64,000 nt of DNA from Planctomycetota bacterium (lineage in GTDB: Bacteria > Planctomycetota > PLA2 > JAEUHO01). Below are positions 18,980 to 27,667 of this stretch, piece after piece. The position numbers were made by a program, and so were the translations under genes. Within the stretch, counting starts at the first letter, position 1. Each line of letters opens with the position of its first letter. The notes beneath the pieces are model-generated. The model was not told the DNA's origin and searched no databases. It saw nothing but the letters and a program-made list of their open reading frames with translations. The stretch is taken from assembly GCA_965223505.1 (NCBI GenBank), contig CBDCWP010000039.1, positions 1 to 64,000 of the forward strand, given 5' to 3'.

Positions 18980-19572
18980 GCGAGAGTGCGTTCGATCGCC
19001 GCACGTTTCTCGCGCGCACCGCACAGTGGGCGGGCATCGGCGCCGCCGGGGGCTTCCTCGCGGACGGCTTCATCGACCTGCGGCGTCCCCTGCGTGTCGA
19101 TCCGACGCCGCCCGGCGCGCCGCCGAAGTCGCTGACGCCCGCGGAGTGGCGCACGCTCGCGGCCGCGCAGGCACGCTTGCTGCCCACCGACGATCTCGGT
19201 CCGGGCGCAACCGAGGTCAACGCGATCGGGTACCTGGACGCGGCATTGGCCGACGAGTCCACGACGCCCGACAGGGTCGCGCTCGTCAAGGACGGCGCGC
19301 TCAAGCTCGACCAGCGCGCCCAACAGCGCGACGTCGAGCACTTCGGGTTGCTCGGGCCCCGGGAACAGGACGAGGCGATTCGCCTGTTCGAGACCCGCGA
19401 GGGCGGGCGGAGCTGGCTGCGCACGTTGTTGGCGTACACCCTCGAGGCGTTCTTCGGGGATCCAATGCGCGGCGCCAACCCCGGCGAGATCGGCTGGCAG
19501 TGGGCCGGGCACCGCCCCGGCTTCCCGCGTCCGACGGAACCCGGCTGGGAACCGAAGGAGCGTCACCGATGA
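18976..19572 (+). CDS. Gluconate 2-dehydrogenase subunit 3 family protein (Tat-exported)
   Basis: Tat motif DRRTFL; PGATEVNAIGYLD and EAFFGDPMRGAN motifs. Confidence 0.85.
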   Translation: MSESAFDRRTFLARTAQWAGIGAAGGFLADGFIDLRRPLRVDPTPPGAPPKSLTPAEWRTLAAAQARLLPTDDLGPGATEVNAIGYLDAALADESTTPDRVALVKDGALKLDQRAQQRDVEHFGLLGPREQDEAIRLFETREGGRSWLRTLLAYTLEAFFGDPMRGANPGEIGWQWAGHRPGFPRPTEPGWEPKERHR

Positions 19573-21248
19573 GCGGCTACGACGCCTGCATCATCGGTAG
19601 CGGCGCCGGCGGCGGCCCGGTGGCCGCGACGCTGGCCGAAGCCGGCTACCGCGTCGCCGTGCTCGAGCGCGGGCCCTGGTTCGATCGCGACCAGTTCCTC
19701 AAGGACGAGATCGCGATGGTGCGCCGGCCGCTGCTGTGGCCCGACACGCGCGACGCCCCGCACGTCTGGGAGTACTGGGACAACGCCGGCAACCTGCGTG
19801 CGAAGCGCACCGGCAAGCACTGGAACGGCAGCATGGTCGGCGGCGCCAGCGTGCTCATGAGCGGTTTCTTCCTGCGCATGAAGCCGGCCGACTTCCGCAT
19901 GCGCTCGATCTACGGCGACATTCCCGACGCGGACGTCGCCGACTGGCCCATCAGCTACGACGACCTCGAGCCCTACTACGCCCGCGCCGAGGCGCAGGTG
20001 CCCGTCTCGGGCATGGTCACGGAGCTGCCCGAACCCATTGCCGATCGGCGGTCGACTCCGGAGTTCCCGCAGGTGCCGACCGAGGAGCATCCGTTCGCGC
20101 AGAAGATCGACGAGGCCTGCACGAAGGCGGGCCTGCATCCGTTCCCGACGCCACGCGCGGTGCTCTCCTCGCCGCACGGCGACCGCAAGGACTGCTCGTA
20201 CTCGGGCTACTGTGCGACGTACGGATGCACGACCGGCGCGAAGGGCAGCTCGCTCGAGTCGTTCCTTCCGCGCGCGCTGAAGACCGGTCGCTGCGACATC
20301 ATTCCCCGCGCGCAGGTGACGAAGCTCGAGAGCGACGCGAAGGGCAACGTCGTTCGTGCGCGGTACGTCGACCGCACCGGCGCGCAGAAGACCGTCGAGG
20401 CGAGCATCTTCGTCGTCGCGTGCCAGGCCATCGAGTCGGCGCGGCTGTTGCTGAATTCCTCCGGGCCGAAGCATCCCAACGGACTGGCCAACCGCAACGG
20501 GCTCGTCGGCCGCAACCTGCTGTTCAGCACGTTCGGCGCCGCGTCCGTCGACTTCTCCTACGCCAAGCACGGCCCGTGGTTGCGCTCGAAGGAGACGTTC
20601 ATCAATCGAACGCTGCAAGACTGGTACTTCATCGACGATCCGAAGCTCGGCAAGCGCAAAGGCGGCACGATCGACTTCATTCCGTTGCATCCCAATCCGA
20701 TCGCGCGCGCCTACAACCAGGCGACGAAGGACCCTGTCAAGAACGGCGTTCCGCATTGGGGCCGGGGCTTGAAGCAGCGCCTACGGCGTCACTTTCGCGA
20801 GACGACCCAGCTCAAGGTCGAGGCGTTCGGCGAGTGGCACCCGAACGCGTGGTGCCGCGTCACGCTCGACCCGGCCGTCAAGGACAAGTGGGGGATCCCG
20901 GCGGCCCGCGTCAATCACTACAGCCACATCCGCAACCGCGAGACGATTCGATTCCTCATGGATCGCGGTGCGGAAGTGGTCCGGCTGCTCGGCGGCGAGA
21001 GCTACGACGTCGATCCGGGCATGGGCGGTCCCAGCACGAACCTCGTCGGCGGCACGTGCCGCTTCGGCGACGACCCGAGCACGTCCGTTCTCGACAGGGA
21101 CTGCCGCGCCCACGACGCCCGCAACCTCTTTGTCACCGATGCGAGCTTCATGCCCAGCGGTGGCAGCGTCCCGTTCACGTTCACCATCTACGCCAACGCG
21201 CTTCGTGTCGCCGACAAGATCGTCGCGCAGCTCGGCGGCCCCAAATGA
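19569..21248 (+). CDS. GMC family FAD oxidoreductase
   Basis: IIGSGAGG FAD motif, DWPISYDDLEPYY, CxxxGxCxxxGC cluster, GTCRFGDDPSTSV. Confidence 0.92.
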   Translation: MSGYDACIIGSGAGGGPVAATLAEAGYRVAVLERGPWFDRDQFLKDEIAMVRRPLLWPDTRDAPHVWEYWDNAGNLRAKRTGKHWNGSMVGGASVLMSGFFLRMKPADFRMRSIYGDIPDADVADWPISYDDLEPYYARAEAQVPVSGMVTELPEPIADRRSTPEFPQVPTEEHPFAQKIDEACTKAGLHPFPTPRAVLSSPHGDRKDCSYSGYCATYGCTTGAKGSSLESFLPRALKTGRCDIIPRAQVTKLESDAKGNVVRARYVDRTGAQKTVEASIFVVACQAIESARLLLNSSGPKHPNGLANRNGLVGRNLLFSTFGAASVDFSYAKHGPWLRSKETFINRTLQDWYFIDDPKLGKRKGGTIDFIPLHPNPIARAYNQATKDPVKNGVPHWGRGLKQRLRRHFRETTQLKVEAFGEWHPNAWCRVTLDPAVKDKWGIPAARVNHYSHIRNRETIRFLMDRGAEVVRLLGGESYDVDPGMGGPSTNLVGGTCRFGDDPSTSVLDRDCRAHDARNLFVTDASFMPSGGSVPFTFTIYANALRVADKIVAQLGGPK

Positions 21249-21258
21249 GATTGTCGCG

Positions 21259-22650
21259 ATGAAGACCATCATCGAACCGTTCCGGATCAAGGTCGTCGAG
21301 CCGATCCGCATGACGACACCCGAGGAACGCAAGGCGTGCCTGCGCGCCGCGGACTACAACCCGTTCCGACTGCGCGCGGAAGACGTGCTCATCGATCTGC
21401 TCACCGATTCCGGCACGGGCGCCATGAGCACGGAACAGTGGGCCGGCATCATGCGCGGCGACGAGACGTACGCCGGCGCCCGTAGCTACTACCGCTTCCG
21501 CTCGGCGGTGGGACGGCTCTTCGGCCACGAGCACGTGATCCCGACGCACCAGGGGCGCGCGGCGGAGCGGCTCTTGTGCTCGGCGGTCGTGAAGTCCGGC
21601 GACGTGATTCCCGGCAACACGCACTTCGACACGACGCGCGCGAACATCGAGATGTCGGACGCCCTGGCGCTCGACATTCCGATCGCGGAGGCGCACGACC
21701 CGGACGTGTTGCATCCCTTCAAAGGCAACATCGACCTCGAGAAGCTCGACGCGTGCTTGAAGGAGCACGGCAAGGATCGCGTCCCGTTCGTGCTCGTCAC
21801 CGTGACGAACAACAGCGGCGGTGGCCAGCCTGTTTCCATGGCGAACCTGCGCGCCACGCGCAAGATCTGCGACGAGCACGGCGTACCGCTGTTCCTGGAC
21901 GCGGCGCGGTTCGCGGAGAACGCGTTCTTCATCAAGCGCCGCGAGGAGGGCTTCGCGGACCGGACGGCGCGGTCGATCGCCGAGGAGATGTTCTCGCTGA
22001 GCGACGGCGCCATGATGAGCATGAAGAAGGACGCGCTCGCCAACATCGGCGGCGTGTTGACGATGAACGACGACGGCTGGGCCGCGAAGGCGCGCCAGCT
22101 GTTGGTCGTCACCGAGGGCTTTCCGAGCTACGGGGGGCTGGCGGGGCGCGACCTGGAGGCGCTAGCGGTCGGTCTGCACGAGATCCTCGAGGAGGACTAT
22201 CTCGAGTACCGGATCGAGTCGACGCGCTACGTCGGACGCCACCTGCACGAGGCCGGCGTGCCGCTGCTCAAGCCGATCGGCGGTCACGCCGTGTACTTGA
22301 ACGGCCGGGCGTTCTGCGACCACCTGACGGACGAGCAGCTGCCGGGCTGGTCGTTGTCGGCGGCCTTGTACGAGCAGATCGGCGTGCGCGCCTGCGAGAT
22401 CGGCAACGTGATGTTCGGACGGGTGAAGCAGGACGGGACGTGGGAATGGCCGGGCCTCGACCTCGTTCGTCTAGCGATCCCCCGCCGCGTCTACACGCAG
22501 AGCCACATGGACTACGTCGTCGAGGGCATCATCGAGCTCTACGGGCGGCGCGGTGCGATTCCCGGCATGCGGTTCACGGAACGGCCGGACGTGCTCCCGC
22601 ACTTCACGGCGCGCTTCGAGCCCGTTCCGGTCACAGCGTCCGTGTCTTGA
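21259..22650 (+). CDS. tnaA: Tryptophanase-like PLP beta-eliminating lyase
   Basis: EPFRIKVVE, IDLLTDSGTGAMS, PTHQGRAAE, MSMKKD (PLP Lys), RLAIPRRVYT. EIG rather than ERG favours tryptophanase over tyrosine phenol-lyase. Confidence 0.8.
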   Translation: MKTIIEPFRIKVVEPIRMTTPEERKACLRAADYNPFRLRAEDVLIDLLTDSGTGAMSTEQWAGIMRGDETYAGARSYYRFRSAVGRLFGHEHVIPTHQGRAAERLLCSAVVKSGDVIPGNTHFDTTRANIEMSDALALDIPIAEAHDPDVLHPFKGNIDLEKLDACLKEHGKDRVPFVLVTVTNNSGGGQPVSMANLRATRKICDEHGVPLFLDAARFAENAFFIKRREEGFADRTARSIAEEMFSLSDGAMMSMKKDALANIGGVLTMNDDGWAAKARQLLVVTEGFPSYGGLAGRDLEALAVGLHEILEEDYLEYRIESTRYVGRHLHEAGVPLLKPIGGHAVYLNGRAFCDHLTDEQLPGWSLSAALYEQIGVRACEIGNVMFGRVKQDGTWEWPGLDLVRLAIPRRVYTQSHMDYVVEGIIELYGRRGAIPGMRFTERPDVLPHFTARFEPVPVTASVS

Positions 22651-22665
22651 ACGAAAGATGATCTG

Positions 22666-25600
22666 ATGCCGAAGCGACTGTGGATCGTTGCGATCGCGGT
22701 GACGATGTTCGCGGCGTGCGCCGACGACGACGAAGCGCCGTCCATGGACCCGGTCGCGAAGATCGTCGCGCGCGACCGCGCGGCGGCGTACTTCGGGACC
22801 GAGCACTACGGCAAGGCGCAGGAGGCGCTGAAGCCGCTGCTTCGCAACGACCCGGAGCCGCGGGATCTGTTGGGTGCGGGCATCGTCGAGGACTGGATCG
22901 GCGGCGATGGCGCGTTCGACCGGGCGCTCGACTACATGCGGCGCGCGGAGAAGGGCGATCCGAACGATCCGGCGGTTCACTACGCGCTCGGGGTGTTGCT
23001 CAAGCGCGGGCAGGTCGTCAAGGCGCTCGCGCACCTGGAACGAGCGCACGCGCTGGCGCCGGACGACTATCCGACGTCGCTGCAGCTGGCGGAGCTCTAC
23101 TCCCTCAACGACGAGACGGACAAGGCGGCGGCGGTCTACGAGCGGCTGCAGAAGGTGGGCGTGAACGAGGCCGGCAGCTGGCACCTGATCACGCTCTACA
23201 ACCTCGCTCAGCTCCGCATCCAGCAGGGGCGTCGCGACGACGGCGTGAAGCTGCTGGACGAGTGGAAGGAGCTGTCGACGAAGGGGCTCGTCGTGCCGAG
23301 CGCCGACCAGGTGCGGCAGGGCAACTTCGGGAAGCTCAGGCGGTCTGAGCCGGGCGCGTTCGACGCGCCGAAGCCGGCATGGCCCGGCACCCGCACCGAG
23401 GAGGGGCCCGCCATTCTCGCCGGCTTCGAGCATGTGCGCGCCCTCACGCTCGTGGACGACTGGACGCATGACGACGCCGGTTGCGTCGTTCGGCCGCCGG
23501 ACATCGTGGCGTGGGGCAAGAAGGGTCTGATGGTTGCCCGCACCGAGGATGGGACGGCCTACGCGGACGCTGTCGTCGTCGCGGCGCCGGTGTCCGGAAT
23601 GACGGCATTCGACGCCGACAACGACGGCGATCTCGATCTGGCGTACTGGGACGAAAAGGAGCTCGTTCTGCTGGTCGCAAGTGGAGACCGTTTCACGCCG
23701 GCGTCGTTCGCGCTGCCTCAGCTTCCTTCGACGCCCGCCGATGCCACGCCGGTCGACTTCGACCACGACGGCGACGTGGACCTGCTGTTGGTCGGCGAGT
23801 TCGGCGCGCGCCTCTGGCGCAACGACGGGATCTCCGTCGCGAACGGCGTGTTCACCGACGCGACGGGTGACGCGCGCCTGCCGACGGGGCAGCCGTTCAC
23901 CTGGTGCTTGATCGAAGACTTCGACATGGACCAGGACGTCGATCTACTCTTCGGCGGAGCGGAAGGCGCCTATCTGGCCGACAATCTACGTGCCGGGCGC
24001 TTCAAGCTCCTCGCGGCGTTTCAAACGGAAGCGGTCCTCGCAGCGGACATGAACGCCGACGGCCGGCCCGATCTGCTCGTTCCGAGCGGCATTCGCATCG
24101 GACAGCCGGACGGAACGTTCGTCCTGACCCTCCGGGAGGGGCTGACGCCGACTGCGATCCTCGACTGGAACCTCGACGGTGCGGTCGATGCCGCCTCGGC
24201 GGGCGATCGGCTCTTCCTCTCGCCCGCATACGAGAGCGCCGTTTCGTCGATGCCGCAGGACGACGTCGGAGCGCCGGCGGCGGTGTGGGCGGACATCGAC
24301 GGCGATCACACGCCCGACCGTCTGGGGATCCGCGCCGACGGCGTGGAGGTCGTTCGAACCGAACCCGGCACGAGCCGGGGCTTCACGTTGGCCCTGCGCG
24401 GCGTCAAGGACAACGCGCGCGGCGTCGGCGCCGTCGTCGAAGTGCGCGCCGGTCCGATCTACCGGCGCATCTTCTGGGACGGGGAGCCGCAGCTGATCGG
24501 CATCGGACCGCGCGACAAAGCCGACGTCGTGCGCGTCACCTGGCCCAACGGTGTCGTCCAGCACGACCTCGACGTCGAAGCCGGCACCGCCAAGCTCATC
24601 GAGCAGGCCGAGGGCCTCGTCGGCTCGTGCCCGTTCCTCTACACCTGGAACGGCGAGACCTACACCTACATCAGCGACGTGCTCGGCATCACGCCCATGG
24701 GGCTGCCGATGGCACCCGGCATGCTCGTTCCGCCCGACCACGACGAATACGTGAGGGTCACCGCCGAGCAGATGAAGCCGCGCACGCTCGGAGACGGCTC
24801 CACGGTCTACGACATGCAGTTCACCGAGGAGCTGCGCGAAGCGACGTATCTGGACCGCGCCAAGCTGCTGATCGTCGATCATCCCGTAGACACCGAGATG
24901 TATCCGACGGAGCGCTTCAGCTTCCCGCCGTTCCCGGCGCACCACATCAACGTGGTCAGCGAACCGCTTGCGCCCAAGGCAGTCGGCAGCGACGGCAAGG
25001 ACTGGACGAAACACCTGGCCGAGGTCGACGGCGAATTCGCGGCGCCGTTCACGCCACACCGCGGGCAGTTCCAAGGTCTTGCGACTCCGCACTTCCTCGA
25101 GCTCTCGTTCGACAAGCAACAGATCCAAAAGGGCGCGAAGCTCAGGCTGCTCTGTACCGGCTGGTTCTACTGGACCGACGCGAGCGTCAACATGGCCGCG
25201 GCGCGCACGCCCGGCATCGACTTCGTCCCGCCGATCCTGCAGGTGCCCGTCGCCGGCAACGGCGGCGGTTGGCGAGACGCCGGTCCGCCCGTCGGGTTCC
25301 CCGCCGGCAAGACCAAGACGATGGTGCTCGACGTCACAAAGATCCTGAACCGCGAGGACCCGCGGTTGCGCATCTTCTCGACGCTGCGGCTCTATTGGGA
25401 CTCGATCCGCTTGGCCGTGGGCGACGACGCGGCGTCGAAGGTCACCGAGCTCGACGCGACGAGCGCGACGCTGTGGGAGCGCGGGTTCAGCAAGCCGAGT
25501 CCCCTGTTCGAGGAGCACGGACTCGAGTGGTTCGACTGGGACCGGCTCGACGCGCCGCGCTGGAACCAGCATCCCGGCCGCTACACGAAGTTCGGCGACG

Positions 25601-25935
25601 TGCTCCCCTTGCTTAGCGCCGTCGACGACAAGTTCGTCATCATGGGCGCCGGCGACGCGCTGCGACTGCGCTTCGACGCTTCGAAGGCGCCGCCGTTGAA
25701 GAAGGGCTGGCGGCGCGACTTCCTCGTTTTCCTCGACGGCTGGGCCAAGGACCGCGATCACAACACGATCGAGGCGCTGTACGTGGAGCCGCTGCCGTTT
25801 CACGGCATGAGCGGCTACCCGTACGGTCCCGACGAGAAGTACCCCGACGACGACGACCACCGGCGCTATCAGGACGAGTGGAACACGCGGCCCTCGAAGT
25901 GCTGGATTCCGTCGCTCGTGCCTACCTCGCGCTGA
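22666..25935 (+). CDS. TPR + FG-GAP + ASPIC/UnbV (CRTAC1-like) lipoprotein
   Basis: Lipobox FAAC, TPRs, DxDxDGDxDL repeats, NARGVGAVVEV, VTWPNG, GSCPFLYTWNG. Confidence 0.88.
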   Translation: MPKRLWIVAIAVTMFAACADDDEAPSMDPVAKIVARDRAAAYFGTEHYGKAQEALKPLLRNDPEPRDLLGAGIVEDWIGGDGAFDRALDYMRRAEKGDPNDPAVHYALGVLLKRGQVVKALAHLERAHALAPDDYPTSLQLAELYSLNDETDKAAAVYERLQKVGVNEAGSWHLITLYNLAQLRIQQGRRDDGVKLLDEWKELSTKGLVVPSADQVRQGNFGKLRRSEPGAFDAPKPAWPGTRTEEGPAILAGFEHVRALTLVDDWTHDDAGCVVRPPDIVAWGKKGLMVARTEDGTAYADAVVVAAPVSGMTAFDADNDGDLDLAYWDEKELVLLVASGDRFTPASFALPQLPSTPADATPVDFDHDGDVDLLLVGEFGARLWRNDGISVANGVFTDATGDARLPTGQPFTWCLIEDFDMDQDVDLLFGGAEGAYLADNLRAGRFKLLAAFQTEAVLAADMNADGRPDLLVPSGIRIGQPDGTFVLTLREGLTPTAILDWNLDGAVDAASAGDRLFLSPAYESAVSSMPQDDVGAPAAVWADIDGDHTPDRLGIRADGVEVVRTEPGTSRGFTLALRGVKDNARGVGAVVEVRAGPIYRRIFWDGEPQLIGIGPRDKADVVRVTWPNGVVQHDLDVEAGTAKLIEQAEGLVGSCPFLYTWNGETYTYISDVLGITPMGLPMAPGMLVPPDHDEYVRVTAEQMKPRTLGDGSTVYDMQFTEELREATYLDRAKLLIVDHPVDTEMYPTERFSFPPFPAHHINVVSEPLAPKAVGSDGKDWTKHLAEVDGEFAAPFTPHRGQFQGLATPHFLELSFDKQQIQKGAKLRLLCTGWFYWTDASVNMAAARTPGIDFVPPILQVPVAGNGGGWRDAGPPVGFPAGKTKTMVLDVTKILNREDPRLRIFSTLRLYWDSIRLAVGDDAASKVTELDATSATLWERGFSKPSPLFEEHGLEWFDWDRLDAPRWNQHPGRYTKFGDVLPLLSAVDDKFVIMGAGDALRLRFDASKAPPLKKGWRRDFLVFLDGWAKDRDHNTIEALYVEPLPFHGMSGYPYGPDEKYPDDDDHRRYQDEWNTRPSKCWIPSLVPTSR

Positions 25936-27667
25936 TCGTCACCGACCCCGGCGCAGCGTCTTCGACGGACGACGTCGTCCCGTCGGTCCACGTGACGGTG
26001 ATCTTCCCGAGCTTCGCGCCTTCGGGGACGCCGTAGACCAGCTCCGGCGCGTGCTGGCTGCAGAACGAGACGTCCGCGCCGAACCAGCGCGTATGAACCC
26101 GGCCGTCGATCGCCACCTCGACTCTCGCGCCGAAGCGCAGCGCGTCCGACGCGTCGAGGCGAAGTCGAAGCGACGCGCCGTCTGTCTTCGTGTCGTTCCG
26201 CAGCAGCATCAGCGCGCCGCGGTTCACCGAGATCGCGAGATCGACGTCCCCGTCGCCGTCGTAGTCCGCCGCCGCCAGTCCGCGGCCGCAATGGCGCTCC
26301 GCGAGCCGCGCGCCCGCGTCCGGCGCCACGTTCTGGAACGCATCTCCCGTGTTCCAGAACAGGAACACCGGCTCCGCCACGAGCTTCGACGGGTCTTGCT
26401 TGTCTTCGAGCGTCGAACCGTTCGCCACGGCGATGTCCAGCCGGCCGTCGAGATCCAGATCGATCAGCGCCGACCCCCAGCCGACCGTGTCGAGCGAAAT
26501 CTCGCCCAGACGCACACGGCGTGTCTTGTCGCGGTACTCGAGCTTGCCGCGGTCGTTGATCAGGCTCACGTAAAGCGCGTTCTCTTGCGCGACCCAGTGA
26601 GTGATGAAGAGATCCGGCAGGCCGTCGGCCGTGCCGACGACCGAGCCCATCTCCGCGACGGACAGCCCCATCGAGCCGCGGGGATCCCCCGTGCCGGTCG
26701 TGAAGCCGATGTCCGCGAACGCAGCGCCGCCGTTCGATCCGCCGAGGTTTCGATACAGGCGGTTCGGAGAGACGTCGTTGTTGACGTAGAGGTCGAGCCA
26801 GCCGTCGCCGTCGAGGTCGCAGAACGTCGCAGCAAAGCCGCGCCCATCGGCGTTGTCGACCAGAAGCGCTTCGGCGACGTCCTCGAACGTACCGTCCCCC
26901 TTGTTGCGGAACAGGGCGTTGGGCTGCGCGTCGAACGAGTTGGGATTCAACGTGAACGGCACCGAGTACGCGCCGAACTCGGAGGCTTGCTTGGACAGCG
27001 TGCCGAAGTCCTCGATCACGTAGTCGACGTAGTTGCAGACGTAGAGGTCCAGATGTCCGTCCCGGTCGTAGTCGCCCCAGGCGACGCCCGTCGACCAGCG
27101 ACCGTCGTCGACGCCGGCCTGCGACGCGACCTCCGCGAACGTCGCGTGGCCCTCGTTGCGAAACAGGCGGTTCGCGCCGTGGTTGGTGACGTACAGATCG
27201 AGGTCGCCGTCGGCGTCGTAGTCGGCGAACGACGCGCCCATCCCGAATCCGGTCTCGTCGCCGACGCCTGCCGCGTCGGTGATGTCGGTGAAGCGCTCCC
27301 CGTCGTTTCGAAACAAGCGGTTCGGCGCACCGAAGTTCACCACGTAGAGATCGAAGTCGCCGTCGCCGTCCACGTCGCCCCAGGCCAGCCCGGACCCGGT
27401 GTCCTCCGGCAGCCGGCGTGTGCGCTCGCCCGGGCCGTGACGCATGGCGACACCCACATCGGCGGCGACGTCGCGGAACCGGATCGGCGGCGCGTCGACC
27501 TGGGCGGCGGCGAACTTGGACGTGAGCCCCGTTACACCCTCCGTGTCGGTATCGCGCGCCGCCTGCACCCAGATGCCGATCGCCACGAGCGCGGCCGTAC
27601 CCAGCGCCGACAGCCAGACCGCCAGCCACACCTTCTGCTTGCGCGTGAGCTTCTTGCGCCGCGTCAC
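25922..27667 (-). CDS. CRTAC1 family FG-GAP/ASPIC-UnbV protein with N-terminal TM
   Basis: GTG overlaps the upstream stop; many DYDGDGDLDLYV repeats; NRLFRNxG; RGLAAADYDGDGDVD. Confidence 0.9.
   Translation of the reverse strand: MTRRKKLTRKQKVWLAVWLSALGTAALVAIGIWVQAARDTDTEGVTGLTSKFAAAQVDAPPIRFRDVAADVGVAMRHGPGERTRRLPEDTGSGLAWGDVDGDGDFDLYVVNFGAPNRLFRNDGERFTDITDAAGVGDETGFGMGASFADYDADGDLDLYVTNHGANRLFRNEGHATFAEVASQAGVDDGRWSTGVAWGDYDRDGHLDLYVCNYVDYVIEDFGTLSKQASEFGAYSVPFTLNPNSFDAQPNALFRNKGDGTFEDVAEALLVDNADGRGFAATFCDLDGDGWLDLYVNNDVSPNRLYRNLGGSNGGAAFADIGFTTGTGDPRGSMGLSVAEMGSVVGTADGLPDLFITHWVAQENALYVSLINDRGKLEYRDKTRRVRLGEISLDTVGWGSALIDLDLDGRLDIAVANGSTLEDKQDPSKLVAEPVFLFWNTGDAFQNVAPDAGARLAERHCGRGLAAADYDGDGDVDLAISVNRGALMLLRNDTKTDGASLRLRLDASDALRFGARVEVAIDGRVHTRWFGADVSFCSQHAPELVYGVPEGAKLGKITVTWTDGTTSSVEDAAPGSVTISAR

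Noticed and set aside
21259..22650. Tyrosine phenol-lyase call
   Set aside because: Has EIG where TPL has the ERG Arg; tryptophanase-like is preferred, though specificity is untested.
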